Assembly: GCA_964596525.1 (NCBI GenBank) | Contig: CAZQUL010000001.1 | Span: 951,723 to 1,015,722, forward strand | Reading direction: 5' to 3' | DNA length: 64,000 nt | Source: an uncultured Gammaproteobacteria bacterium | GTDB lineage: Bacteria; Patescibacteriota; Patescibacteriia; Magasanikbacterales; GWA2-37-8 | Part shown: piece after piece, positions 39,660 through 49,628 of the stretch | Numbering within the stretch: the first letter of the stretch is position 1 | Layout of the letters: each line of letters opens with the position of its first letter | Position numbers and translations under genes: made by a program | Notes under the pieces: model-generated | Told to the model about the DNA's origin: nothing | Databases searched by the model: none | What the model saw: only the letters and a program-made list of their open reading frames with translations

Positions 39660-41512
39660 AGGTTTTCCGGATTAATGCTTACTTTCCACGGTGGTGGAAT
39701 ATGGCTGGCCAAGGTTTTTACCTGCTCGTATATAGCGGGTAATGACGCCTTTATCTTGAGATTAAAGGCCTCGGTAAAACCATGTGCGCTACGCCGCGGC
39801 GGGCCGCTAAACCAAGAACATACGATACCTGAAAAGATGGTCTGTGTCAATGCCGTGAGTTCCTCCTTGAGCCCGGCGATTTCTAGCCTTCCGGTGGGGT
39901 GTTGCTGTACGGTTCGCCAGAGCTTAAAGATCGTTGTAAAGGGCGGATAGCCCAGTTCTTGGCGCACGCGTAGTTCGGTATCGTACCACACAAGCGGGTG
40001 CTTAAGGTGGCTGAGTGCCGGGTGTGTGCTGTGACGGGTTTGGATATACCAAAAGGCATCAGGAGGAAGTTTAAACATGATGTCGCGGGCGCGATGCCAA
40101 ACTGTTTCAGCGGAGCGGAATGTTGGTACGTTGATTTCGGCGTCAGGGTCAACCCAGATCATGCCGCCAAGCTTTTCCCAGGGCACGCTACTCCAGGCCT
40201 GTTCGGTACCGACGATAATAGTGTTTGTTGCAAGAAATGTTTTGGGTAGAGCCTCCGTGTCGCTGTCGATCTGAACGACGCTGCGTTCGGGGAACTGTTT
40301 ACGCAGGTGCGCAGCGAGCGCTTCGGTGCCAAAACCGAGCTGCTTTAAATCCACGCCGCGGCAGGTGGGGCAGGCGGTGAGCCGCTGTCCGTGTCCGCAA
40401 GCGCGGCACATGAGTTGATTTTTTTCGCGGAAAAAAGTGAGGGTAGCAGCGCATTCCGGACAATAAAAAATCGTGCCGCAGTCTTTACAGACGATAGCGC
40501 GTGCTGTGCCGCGCTGGTTAAGGAAAACGAACAGCGGTTTTTGCGTCTGCGCCGTAATCGCTTCTTCGGCAAGAAGCGTTAAAGGACTTGAGGTAATGAA
40601 CGCCCGTTCGGCTGCCAGATCGATAAACGTCGGCTCGCAGGCCGTACCGAACGTGAGAGGCGGCCGATTTTGAGGGTTTAAGGATATAAAGCTCCTGGGT
40701 GAGGGGGTGTGTCCGGTAACCGTAAGCGTTATCTGGTGATGGTCGGCCGCAAGAGTGGCAAGATCGTGCGCGTCGGCGTAGGGAGCGCTCAGACCTACGG
40801 TATGATGTGGGTTGCTGTCATCAACGAGCGTAATGCCCGCAAGGTCGCGCCAGGGCAAAAATAAAGCGCGTGACGTACCGATAACAATGCATGGCAGGCC
40901 TTGTACGAGCGTTATCCAGAGCTCGCGTTGTTCTTTGGCCTTGAGGGTGCCGGTGACGAGAAACGCTGGGCGTGAGGTGTCCTTAAGAAGCGCGTATTTT
41001 TTTGCGGCCTGTTCGCGATCCGGAGAAAGAATAAGAAGCTGCCCGTGTACCTCGTTGGTGTGGGTTATGAAAAATTCCTGCTCGTTGGCAGGAGAAGAAA
41101 AGTAGCGATGCGAAAGAGAATACCGCGATCCGGATGGTGAAACAGAAGGTTTCTCGAGCGTTTTGAGGAGGGTTTGGTTTTTTTTGATATCCGGCAGGAG
41201 GCACTGTTGGATGAGAAAACCGATTGAAACGCGGTATAGTTCGCTTACGTCGCGTAAGAATGCGTACTGCGCTGCGCTTAAAATCGGAAACAGACTCGCG
41301 GGTGCAGTAATTTCTTTTATGGCACGATTTTTCGCGGTAGTAGCAGGTGCCTGCGTTATCTCTATAACAAGACCGAGCACCTGCGCGCCGCGGAATGGAA
41401 CTGAAACTAACGAAAAAAGCTCGAGTGTTCTTTCGAGATCTGGTGGAATTTGGTAATCAAAAGATGAAAGCCCGAGTGGTAAGCGGCGGGCGGGAATGAC
41501 CGCAGCGTACAT
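39656..41512 (-). CDS. priA: Primosomal protein N' (PriA)-like protein with degenerate helicase ATPase motifs
   Basis: An N-terminal 3'-DNA-binding-like region is present. The Zn-binding Cys cluster is CKDCGTIFYCPECAATLTFF...CRACGH...CPTCRG. The Walker A position reads THTNEVHG (no GKT) and the DEEH position reads VDDSNPHH. Synteny priA-def-fmt is conserved. Confidence 0.7.
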   Translation of the reverse strand: MYAAVIPARRLPLGLSSFDYQIPPDLERTLELFSLVSVPFRGAQVLGLVIEITQAPATTAKNRAIKEITAPASLFPILSAAQYAFLRDVSELYRVSIGFLIQQCLLPDIKKNQTLLKTLEKPSVSPSGSRYSLSHRYFSSPANEQEFFITHTNEVHGQLLILSPDREQAAKKYALLKDTSRPAFLVTGTLKAKEQRELWITLVQGLPCIVIGTSRALFLPWRDLAGITLVDDSNPHHTVGLSAPYADAHDLATLAADHHQITLTVTGHTPSPRSFISLNPQNRPPLTFGTACEPTFIDLAAERAFITSSPLTLLAEEAITAQTQKPLFVFLNQRGTARAIVCKDCGTIFYCPECAATLTFFREKNQLMCRACGHGQRLTACPTCRGVDLKQLGFGTEALAAHLRKQFPERSVVQIDSDTEALPKTFLATNTIIVGTEQAWSSVPWEKLGGMIWVDPDAEINVPTFRSAETVWHRARDIMFKLPPDAFWYIQTRHSTHPALSHLKHPLVWYDTELRVRQELGYPPFTTIFKLWRTVQQHPTGRLEIAGLKEELTALTQTIFSGIVCSWFSGPPRRSAHGFTEAFNLKIKASLPAIYEQVKTLASHIPPPWKVSINPENL

Positions 41513-41518
41513 AGAAGA

Positions 41519-42310
41519 TTAGAGGATGAGCGTTGCCGTAAGGTATCCAACACCGAGCGGTGCTTCGTAGGCGTAGGAGGTATAGGTATAGTTGATGCCT
41601 TTAAGGATGCCCATGAGAATAAGGAATGTGCGGAAGCCGCATTCATGGGCGTTACTCAGGAACTCGGGGGTCATCTGGAGCATGCCCATGGTATTTTTGG
41701 TGCTCAGGTATTCTTGAATGGCTTTGTCGAATGCTGGGCCGTCGGCGTGGTAGGGGGCAGGGGAGTGCACGGTGAGGGCGTGCGATAAATCACCTGAGGC
41801 GATAACCGCCACGCGCTTGGGGCTTTTCATGATTTGTTCCTTGAGAAATACACCGAAATCGACATGAGTCTTCGCTTCAAGCGATGAGAAGCCGACTGGG
41901 AGAACAGCGATTTCGGGCAGGTGTTTGGCGAGATAGAAAAGGGGTACTGAAACTCCGTGGTCGAGCACTGGTTCGCTTACAAGAACCACGGGCAAGCCGC
42001 TGCGATCATTTTCTTCGCGGCTCATCGTGGCGATGCTGAGCTCCCCTTTGTATGAATTATGCGTCGTAATGTCGCCGAATTCCTTAAAGTCCGTAGTGAA
42101 CTGCGATGCGATGTTGATGGTAAAGGCATCGTCAAGAATGGCACCGTGTGGCGAAATCACCATGAGCACATCAGGCTTGCTCAAATACAGATCCTCTTCC
42201 AGTTTTTCGAGTGCGGCTGAGGTGGCCGCGAGCTTGGTAAGCGAATCTTTGCCGATCGTCGGCATGAGGAGCGGGGTGTGCGGTGTGATGCCCGCGAAGA
42301 CCAAGGACAT
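41519..42310 (-). CDS. Class III extradiol dioxygenase family protein (LigB/YgiD-like)
   Basis: VISPHG, LDHGVSVPL and ASGDLSHAL align with the YgiD motifs VVSAHW, FDHGSWGVL and ASGNVVHNL. The likely start is ATG 42310. Confidence 0.55.
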   Translation of the reverse strand: MSLVFAGITPHTPLLMPTIGKDSLTKLAATSAALEKLEEDLYLSKPDVLMVISPHGAILDDAFTINIASQFTTDFKEFGDITTHNSYKGELSIATMSREENDRSGLPVVLVSEPVLDHGVSVPLFYLAKHLPEIAVLPVGFSSLEAKTHVDFGVFLKEQIMKSPKRVAVIASGDLSHALTVHSPAPYHADGPAFDKAIQEYLSTKNTMGMLQMTPEFLSNAHECGFRTFLILMGILKGINYTYTSYAYEAPLGVGYLTATLIL

Positions 42311-42330
42311 AAGGAGAAAAAGAGAAAAAA

Positions 42331-44556
42331 CTAGTTTTGAGCAAGCGTCGCATTGACCGAGGCGCCACCTTTGGCTATCCACTCAGCGATGCGGCGCGGT
42401 TCATCAAAGCGTTTGGTGCTGGTGTTGCCAAGAGTGATAATTACGTACTGCTGTTTGGTCTTGGGCGCTTCGATGAGGAGGATCAGGTTGGCTTGAGCCT
42501 CGGTCGTAAAGCCGGTTTTCCCGGCGATAACGGTGAAGGCGCTACTTTTCGCGGTAAGAAGCTGGTTGGTGGTCTGAAGTTTTTGCTTGACGGCTTTATT
42601 TTGGTACGTTGTTGTGAATTCGTAGGTGCTCTTGCCGAGAATCTTCTTGAGTGATGGCTCGGCAGTTACTTTGGTGAAGATTTTAAGGAGGTCGCGGGCT
42701 GTTGAAACATTACCGGCAGAAAGCCCGCTCAAGTCTTTAACGTTGGTATTGTCCGCACCCCATTCGTTAAGACGGGTTTGGATGGCGCTGAGAAATTCAT
42801 CTTTGGTTTGGCCAGAAGATAAGGCGAGCATTTCGGACATCGTGTTGTTTGAGGCGACGAGCGCGCCGTTTAGAGCGTCGAGGCGGGTGAAAGTTTCTTT
42901 GCTTCTCAGGTTGGGTGTTGTGCTTTTGGTGAAATTTTTAGGATCAAAGCTCACCAAGGTTTTGTTGCGGAAATTGTCGTCGAAAGCCTGGTAGGCGATG
43001 AGCAGTTTGGTGAGCGAAGCCATGGGGCGGGTCGTGTCGATATTTTTACCGGCGATGATACGACCGCTTGGATACTCGGCAACGAGGTAGGCGGGAAGAT
43101 TCGTTTTGAAGAGATCGGAGACCGGGGCTGAGCTATCGCCAAGGAATTTATTTTTGGCGCTCAGCAGACTCGCGTTGACAAAGAGGCTGTCGCCTTCGGG
43201 AAGCGAGAAGAGTGTGTTTTCGGCAACAGTTACGACATTGCTGTTTTGGTAGCCTAATGCAGCGAACGTTTCGCGGTCGGCAATGCGCCGTTTCTTGCCG
43301 TTTTCGATAATGTAGGTAACATTGCTGCCTTCGGCGCGCACAAGGGTGCCGTCTTTAAACGTGACAGGCTTTTCGCCGGCAATGGTAAAAGAAGCCAGTT
43401 CTGTACGAACGTGTTTTTCTATGGGCAAGGTGGCGTAGTTTACATCCACGATGCGCTTGTCAGTGATAGGGTAGAGTACGCCGTCACGCAAAATGAAGTA
43501 GGCATTGTTCAAATCCGTAATTTGGTAGATGACGCCTTGGGGTGGGGTGGAGCTCGCGGTGATAACCGAGCCCGGAGTGTAGGCGATAAGGTCGGCGTCT
43601 GTTACATCGAGGATTTCGGCGGGGTTAAAGCCCAGTTTACCCACGGTTTCGGGGGTATCGAAGGGGCGGAGCGTGTCGTGGTCAAGCAGGTAAACCCGTG
43701 ATGGTGTGCGCAGAACAGAATAGTTGGCAAAAGCGATTTCCGGACCGAGCTGGTAGTTGGAAAGTTCGGCTTCCGATACGGTGACGACGTTTCTGGGGTC
43801 GGCGCGTGAGATAAGGGCGGCTTGGTTAGCAAAGCGGCGTTTGGTGCCGTTCGTAATAAGCCAGACATCCGTTGAGCTGGCGGATCTAAGGAGTGAACCG
43901 CTGGGATAAAGCTGGGTGAACCAGTTGTTCCAGATGCGCCAGAAATTTTGGTTGCCGTTGATGTGCGGGGTATAGGTGTACAAATAGGCTGTAGCCCAAC
44001 TTTGGGGAATGACCTGTTGGCCGCTGATGATGGTAGGAACGTTCTTTTTCTTAATGTAATCTTTGCTGTCTTTGTTGTCGGCGTACCAGCGCATGATGCC
44101 GGCGGCATTAGCGATTTGTGCGCCAAAACCACGGAATTTCTGGATCTTCGGGTCATTCATAGAACAGCTGTCGCAGACGCCGTACCCGGTGGCCCAATCC
44201 AGCTGTTTTTGGGTAGGAGTATCGTCCATAACGAGACTTTGCTCTTTTTGGAGTTTTACGAGCAGGTACTTGGGGTTGATGCGGTAGTTTTGCGCGGCTT
44301 CGTAAATGATATCTGAGGCGTATTTTACCGTGCCGTATTCATCAGGGGCTTGGTAAGAGCGCAAAAAACTGCCCTTACTGTCGAGGAATGTTTGGATGTC
44401 GGCGCGCGTCATGCTATTCACGTCTTCGAGCTCGGCGTCGGACAAGATGAAGTTGGGATCAAAACCGACTTGCGCCAGGGCGCCGCTGAGTGGAGTGGTT
44501 AAAAACGTGAGTGCCAAAACGGCGGATATTAAACGAAAGGAGAAGGAATGCGACAT
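42331..44556 (-). CDS. Secreted D-alanyl-D-alanine carboxypeptidase (peptidase S11, PBP5-like) with a large N-terminal domain containing about three repeated ~70-aa modules
   Basis: The S11 active-site triad motifs are present: MASLTKL (SxxK), SNN (SxN) and AGKTGFT (KTG). The likely start is ATG 44556 with a signal peptide (MSHSFSFRLISAVLALTFL); the track ORF extends to 44628. Confidence 0.7.
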   Translation of the reverse strand: MSHSFSFRLISAVLALTFLTTPLSGALAQVGFDPNFILSDAELEDVNSMTRADIQTFLDSKGSFLRSYQAPDEYGTVKYASDIIYEAAQNYRINPKYLLVKLQKEQSLVMDDTPTQKQLDWATGYGVCDSCSMNDPKIQKFRGFGAQIANAAGIMRWYADNKDSKDYIKKKNVPTIISGQQVIPQSWATAYLYTYTPHINGNQNFWRIWNNWFTQLYPSGSLLRSASSTDVWLITNGTKRRFANQAALISRADPRNVVTVSEAELSNYQLGPEIAFANYSVLRTPSRVYLLDHDTLRPFDTPETVGKLGFNPAEILDVTDADLIAYTPGSVITASSTPPQGVIYQITDLNNAYFILRDGVLYPITDKRIVDVNYATLPIEKHVRTELASFTIAGEKPVTFKDGTLVRAEGSNVTYIIENGKKRRIADRETFAALGYQNSNVVTVAENTLFSLPEGDSLFVNASLLSAKNKFLGDSSAPVSDLFKTNLPAYLVAEYPSGRIIAGKNIDTTRPMASLTKLLIAYQAFDDNFRNKTLVSFDPKNFTKSTTPNLRSKETFTRLDALNGALVASNNTMSEMLALSSGQTKDEFLSAIQTRLNEWGADNTNVKDLSGLSAGNVSTARDLLKIFTKVTAEPSLKKILGKSTYEFTTTYQNKAVKQKLQTTNQLLTAKSSAFTVIAGKTGFTTEAQANLILLIEAPKTKQQYVIITLGNTSTKRFDEPRRIAEWIAKGGASVNATLAQN

Positions 44557-44659
44557 ATAAAGAAAGAGTACGCATTTTTTATACCATAAAGCGGCTAATG
44601 ATAGAAGGATGTACGGGCACAAATGCAAAAGCCTGCAGGGTGAGTGCAGGCGTTAGATG

Positions 44660-46969
44660 CTACCAGTCGTCGTTTGTTGGCGGCGGTGCAGGGGGTTCTT
44701 CGATGCGTGGCAACACGGGGAGTGGTGGAACTACCGGCTCGCGTGATTGCAGAGCTCCGCTATCCGAAGGTGGCGATGGCGTCTCGGCATCTCTACCATC
44801 TGCCGGGGGCTCTTCTGACGCGTAGTGCCCGGGGCGGATTGTGCGGGTTTTTTCTCCCGCGCAGCCATTGGGCACGAACGCCTTGAGGTACCATTCCTTG
44901 AAGACCAGTTCGGGCGAGTCGTCATCTGTCGCGCAGCGCGGCTCCCATTGGCCATTGTCGTTTTCCTCCAATACCGTCGGAAGGCGGACGACTCCAGCAG
45001 GAACCGGAAAGCTGTCACCAGGTTCGTGCTCGGCGATGAGGTGCTTCATGATGGTGTTGAACACCGGAATGGTGCTTGCCCCTTGGAATGGTCGGCCGGT
45101 CTCGGGGTTAAGGCCGAGCGGGCGCGGTGTGTCATGTCCGATCCATACACCCACGCAGTAGTCCGTGGTACAGCCGATAAACCAGGCGTCCACTTCATCG
45201 TTCGACGTGCCGGTTTTGCCAGCAATGAGCGTTTTGAGCTCATGTGCCCGTCGCCCCGTGCCTGCTCGATCGGTAATGACTGAGGTGAGGAGGTCGGTGG
45301 TAAGAAAGCACACTGCCGGGTCAAGCGTCTGTTTGGGCGCTGAGGTGAGTGTGTGCCACGCCCCGTCGCGGTATTCGCGGCGGATGAAACGCGGCTCGCG
45401 GTACTCGCCGAGCGACGTTACGGTGGCCATGAAGTTCGTCATCTCGAGCAGCGTGACACTTGAGGAGCCGAGGATGAGCGGGAAATAAGGGTCCAGCTTG
45501 CTTCGAATGCCGCCCGCTTCGGCGACACGCAGCATTTCGGGAATGATGAAGCGGGGGTTTTTCTTGGCCAAGCCGAGTTCATAGCTTGCCGTAACGGCCA
45601 CTGAATTGAGTGAACGGGCGAGCGCGCGCCGGAGCGTGAAAGGCTCTAGCGTGAACTTATGGCTGTTTTTTGGAGTCCAGGGTTTGGCACCGCGCTCAAG
45701 CGGAGGGACCGTGACCGGCTTATCCTCAAAGACGTCGCTTGGCAAAAAACCATGCGCAAGTAGGGGATAGTAGGCCAGCACTTTGAAGAGCGATCCGGCT
45801 TGTCGGGGTTTGTCCAGGCCGCGGATGAAATTACTGCGTTGGAATGGCTTGGCACTGCCGACGAGCGCCTCAACTTCGCGCGTTGCCTTGTTGATAACGA
45901 TCGCCGCGCCTTCGGGGACAGGCCAGGACGGATTTTTTCGGTGGAGTTCCTTAAGGTACGAGGTAAGGGCCTGTTGCGCAAGTTGCTGCAACGGAATCCG
46001 GCACGTCGTTTCGGTTGGAACTGCCGTAAATGGCAAATCCGGTCCGTGTATGGCTTTGAGCTTGCGTTCGACGAGGGTGACAAATTCATCACACACGCCG
46101 CTGTGCGGAACCGACAGGTTCAGTTTTACGGGCAGTTTGCTCAAACTCACAAGCTCTTCATGGGTGATGACGCCGTTTTCGGCCAAGTTCTTGAGGACGT
46201 AGTTGCGGCGCAGGCGCCATTTCTCAAGGGCGCGTTGCCGATCTTCGTCGCTCCCGCGGAGTTTGAGGTAATTTTCCGGGCCTTTGGGTAGGGCGGCGAG
46301 CGCAGCAGCGATGAGTACGTGTTCGCGGTTCTTGGCGGTGAGCGTCGTGATGTCGGTGCTAAAAAACCGTTTTGACGCTTCGGCCCAGCCATACGTTCCG
46401 TCACCCATATAGATCTGGTTGAGGTAGCGGGTGAGGATATCGAGCTTGGCCGCGCGGACGTTTCCTTTGTGCTCGGCGCGCTTTCGAGCTTCGTAGCGCA
46501 GGCTTGCTGCCGCCTCCACGACTTTGCGTCGTAAGGTGCGCTCCTTGGAAATGTAGGGCTTGATGAGCTGCTGCGTGATGGTTGAACCGCCTCGCAGCCG
46601 CCGAGTGCGCGCCACATCAATCGCTACCGCGCCGAACGCCCAGATATCGATACCAGGGTGGCTGAAAAACCGGCGGTCTTCGGCGCTCCTTACCGCGTCG
46701 ATAATAAGCTGTGGTAGTTGGTCGGGTGTAAGCAGCGAGCGTCGTTCGAGATAAATATCGCCGATCGGTCGCAGCGCATCGTGAGCGTCACGGGCATAGG
46801 TCGGGCTCGTAACCGGTAACTTGACGCGATCTACGTCATCGAGATTGAGCGGGGTGGTTTTGATCCATATCGCACATTGGATGACGAGGTACATCGCGCC
46901 TACTAGGAGGCTGGCACCCATGACCAAGATGGCAATCTTAAGACGGTGGTATATCTGCGCTTTCTTCAT
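44660..46969 (-). CDS. mrcA: Class A penicillin-binding protein (PBP1A: glycosyltransferase 51 plus transpeptidase)
   Basis: An N-terminal TM anchor is present. The GT51 motifs EDRRFFSHPGID and GSTITQQL are present. The transpeptidase motifs SLFK, SLN and KTG are present. Confidence 0.85.
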   Translation of the reverse strand: MKKAQIYHRLKIAILVMGASLLVGAMYLVIQCAIWIKTTPLNLDDVDRVKLPVTSPTYARDAHDALRPIGDIYLERRSLLTPDQLPQLIIDAVRSAEDRRFFSHPGIDIWAFGAVAIDVARTRRLRGGSTITQQLIKPYISKERTLRRKVVEAAASLRYEARKRAEHKGNVRAAKLDILTRYLNQIYMGDGTYGWAEASKRFFSTDITTLTAKNREHVLIAAALAALPKGPENYLKLRGSDEDRQRALEKWRLRRNYVLKNLAENGVITHEELVSLSKLPVKLNLSVPHSGVCDEFVTLVERKLKAIHGPDLPFTAVPTETTCRIPLQQLAQQALTSYLKELHRKNPSWPVPEGAAIVINKATREVEALVGSAKPFQRSNFIRGLDKPRQAGSLFKVLAYYPLLAHGFLPSDVFEDKPVTVPPLERGAKPWTPKNSHKFTLEPFTLRRALARSLNSVAVTASYELGLAKKNPRFIIPEMLRVAEAGGIRSKLDPYFPLILGSSSVTLLEMTNFMATVTSLGEYREPRFIRREYRDGAWHTLTSAPKQTLDPAVCFLTTDLLTSVITDRAGTGRRAHELKTLIAGKTGTSNDEVDAWFIGCTTDYCVGVWIGHDTPRPLGLNPETGRPFQGASTIPVFNTIMKHLIAEHEPGDSFPVPAGVVRLPTVLEENDNGQWEPRCATDDDSPELVFKEWYLKAFVPNGCAGEKTRTIRPGHYASEEPPADGRDAETPSPPSDSGALQSREPVVPPLPVLPRIEEPPAPPPTNDDW

Positions 46970-47080
46970 GGTTCACCTTTGGATGAAAGTAATGAGTTGT
47001 CAAAGAACGCTTAATTCTAGCAAAAATGGACGGCTCAGTCAAGAAAGAGTATACTGAAATAATTATTTTATACTTATTCT

Positions 47081-47821
47081 ATGACCGTAGAATCTCCGCG
47101 TTCGCTTGTAGGTTTCGGGCTCGTCTTGGCCCTTGGTCTTATTGTTACCGGATCCATCGTGACGCGCGGTTTTTATAAAACCAAGCTTCTCGATAATACG
47201 GTCGTTGTCACTGGTTCGGCGCAAGAAGAAATCGAGTCGGATATTGCGCGCTGGACCGCGGTTTTTAACCGTTCGGTCGGGACTGAAGGGCTTAAAGACG
47301 GATCGGTTCTCATTAAACGGGATTTAGACAAAGTGCTTGAGTATCTGAATAAAAATGGCATCAAGAAAGATGCGGTTGTCATTAACCCGGTATCGGTCTC
47401 GGCTAATTATGAATCCGGCGCTTACGGCTCTACCGGCCGTGCGATCGGTTACACACTTTCGCAGCAGATCGTGGTGGAAACATCTGATGTGCATAAACTT
47501 ACCACCCTTGCCCAAGACTCCACGGCGCTTCTTTCCGAAGGGATTGTTTTTACCAGTTTTCCGCTCGAGTATTATTACAGCAAGCTTGATGACCTCAAAA
47601 TCCGCATGCTTGGCGAGGCTACCGAAAATGCCCGGGAACGCGCCGAGTCTATCGCGCGGCAAGCTGATGCGGATTTGGGCGATTTGAAGGCAGCTAGCAT
47701 GGGCGTTTTCCAAATTACCTCCATCAATTCCAACGAAATTTCCGACTACGGTATGTTTGATACTTCGGCGATAAAAAAACGAATTACCGCCGTGGTGCGC
47801 ACTACCTTTATGGTTGAGTAG
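47081..47821 (+). CDS. SIMPL-domain (BP26/DUF541) protein
   Basis: A TM anchor is followed by VVVTGSAQEEIESDIARWTAV, typical of the SIMPL domain start. Confidence 0.5.
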   Translation: MTVESPRSLVGFGLVLALGLIVTGSIVTRGFYKTKLLDNTVVVTGSAQEEIESDIARWTAVFNRSVGTEGLKDGSVLIKRDLDKVLEYLNKNGIKKDAVVINPVSVSANYESGAYGSTGRAIGYTLSQQIVVETSDVHKLTTLAQDSTALLSEGIVFTSFPLEYYYSKLDDLKIRMLGEATENARERAESIARQADADLGDLKAASMGVFQITSINSNEISDYGMFDTSAIKKRITAVVRTTFMVE

Positions 47822-47834
47822 TATCCTTCCAAAC

Positions 47835-47863
47835 AAAACCGCCGTGTCCGCGGCGGTTTTGTT
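47835..47863 (+). terminator. Rho-independent terminator (AAAACCGCCG...CGGCGGTTTT)
   Basis: Hairpin plus T-run lies immediately after the SIMPL gene stop. Confidence 0.55.
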
Positions 47864-47954
47864 ATACATTCGGCATTAGTTGATGCACAGACGACAGCTT
47901 GCTCAAAAAAATCCGATATTCTATCTTATGGGTAGCCTTGAAAGGAGGTGTACC

Positions 47955-48641
47955 ATGTTTGGTCTCGACATGTCGTACCGTATCGACTACCGCGACCCGC
48001 GGCTGAGAACATTCCGCGGCGCGTTCCGGCTTTTCATGGGGCACCCCAGCCCTCGGCTTCTGCTCTTTTTCTCGCTCGTGGGTATACTTGGCTCTGTCTG
48101 CTTCTGGCCGCTTACCGCGCGCCACATAGCTCTTGCTGCGAGCATTGTGCTGGCCTGGCCTTTCCAGGAGTACGTGCTCCATCGATTCATACTCCACGCC
48201 CGCCCTTTTACGCTATGGAGAAAAACTGTCGATGTGGGTCTTTTCCACCGGGAGCATCATCGTGACCCTAAGGACCTCAACGGGTTCACGCCGCTTGTAC
48301 TTTTTTACTTTACGCCCCCGGTCGTTTTCCTCCTCTTTCGCCTCATCGGGGGAGATGCTGCTTCGGGGTTCGTAGGTCTGGCGGTTTGGTTCGCCAAGGC
48401 TTTCGACTACGAGCTGGCTCATTTTACGGCGCATGCACCCTATCGGCCGCTCACCGCTTTAGGTCGTCGCCGTAAAGCAGCGCACCTGCGCCACCATTTC
48501 GTCAACGAGCGCTTTTGGTGGGAGGTGAGCACCTGCGGTATCGCTGATTTTTTCCACTTTCTCGCCTGCGGCATCATCCCGTGGCGCAGTGCGAAAGAAG
48601 TTGAGCGTTCCCGCACCGTCTTCACTGTTCTCTCCGAATAA
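47955..48641 (+). CDS. Fatty-acid hydroxylase superfamily membrane protein (His-box desaturase/hydroxylase)
   Basis: His boxes HRFILH, HREHHRD and HLRHH are present. The RBS AAAGGAGGTG lies 4 nt before ATG 47955. Confidence 0.55.
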   Translation: MFGLDMSYRIDYRDPRLRTFRGAFRLFMGHPSPRLLLFFSLVGILGSVCFWPLTARHIALAASIVLAWPFQEYVLHRFILHARPFTLWRKTVDVGLFHREHHRDPKDLNGFTPLVLFYFTPPVVFLLFRLIGGDAASGFVGLAVWFAKAFDYELAHFTAHAPYRPLTALGRRRKAAHLRHHFVNERFWWEVSTCGIADFFHFLACGIIPWRSAKEVERSRTVFTVLSE

Positions 48642-48757
48642 CAAGCAGTCTCCGGACTGCTTTTTAATAAATCTGATTTGGATGTTTTCCACTGGGAGTT
48701 TTTTATTGCCATGTGATATACTACACGCACTTGCATTTATTTTTCTTCGCACCTTGT

Positions 48758-49561
48758 ATGCCACAGCGCAAAACTCCGGTTTCGGATAGTCCCGCAACGC
48801 CACGCCGCCGCCCGACGCGCGCCGCACCGCTCGCTTCTGCTCCGCCCGCCAAAACGGCTCCTCCGAGTTCGGCCCCGCGCTCTTTTGCGGTTTCGAATCC
48901 CAAATCGTATCTCTTTGAATTCGTTTTCGCTGCTCTCCTTACCGTTATCCTTATCGGTGGTAACATCTTTCTCATTCTTTCTTCGCCGATATTCATGAAG
49001 GATTTTCGCCGCGTCACTCCCGCCTTTACCGAACGCCTTTGCACCGACTGGCTCGACAATAAAAAAGAAGAGCCGAGTGGTACGGTGTGCCCCGAAATTT
49101 ACCAGCCGGTTTGCGGCGAAACCTCGGTGCAGTGCTTCCGCGCTCCGTGCCCTAACATTAAGAATACCTACTCCAATCGGTGCTTAGCTCTCGCCAGCGG
49201 CGCTGTAAATATTAAAGACGGTGCTTGCGAAGACGCAATGCCGGCAGCTACGCTCGACATCACTTCGCCGCGCGTGGGTGCAACCATCACAACGCCCGTA
49301 ACCATCCAGGGCAGCGCACCCGGCCCGTGGTTCTTTGAAGCCAGTTTCCCCATCGATATCGTTGATTCCCAGAAACGCGTTATCGGCCAAGGGTATGCCC
49401 AGGCCGACGGCGAATGGATGACGACCGGCCAGGTGCCCTTTACTGCCAAAGTCACGTTTAAGAAAGGGACCGAAAAGAGCGGTTACATCATCTTTAAAAA
49501 AGATAACCCGTCGGGTTTGCCACAGCATAACGCTTCCTTCGAACTGCCAGTCAAGTTTTAG
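48758..49561 (+). CDS. Membrane-anchored protein with Pro-rich N-terminus, Kazal-like domain and C-terminal Gmad2 Ig-like domain
   Basis: CPEIYQPVCGETSVQCFRAPCPNIKNTYSNRCLALASGAVNIKDGAC fits the Kazal Cys spacing. ITSPRVGATITTPVTIQGSAPGPWFFEASFPIDIVD is Gmad2-like. Confidence 0.45.
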   Translation: MPQRKTPVSDSPATPRRRPTRAAPLASAPPAKTAPPSSAPRSFAVSNPKSYLFEFVFAALLTVILIGGNIFLILSSPIFMKDFRRVTPAFTERLCTDWLDNKKEEPSGTVCPEIYQPVCGETSVQCFRAPCPNIKNTYSNRCLALASGAVNIKDGACEDAMPAATLDITSPRVGATITTPVTIQGSAPGPWFFEASFPIDIVDSQKRVIGQGYAQADGEWMTTGQVPFTAKVTFKKGTEKSGYIIFKKDNPSGLPQHNASFELPVKF

Positions 49562-49628
49562 ATCATCACAACAATTACTCGCACATCCTTTGTGACCACA
49601 GAGGATGTGTTTGTTTAAAACCTCGTGT

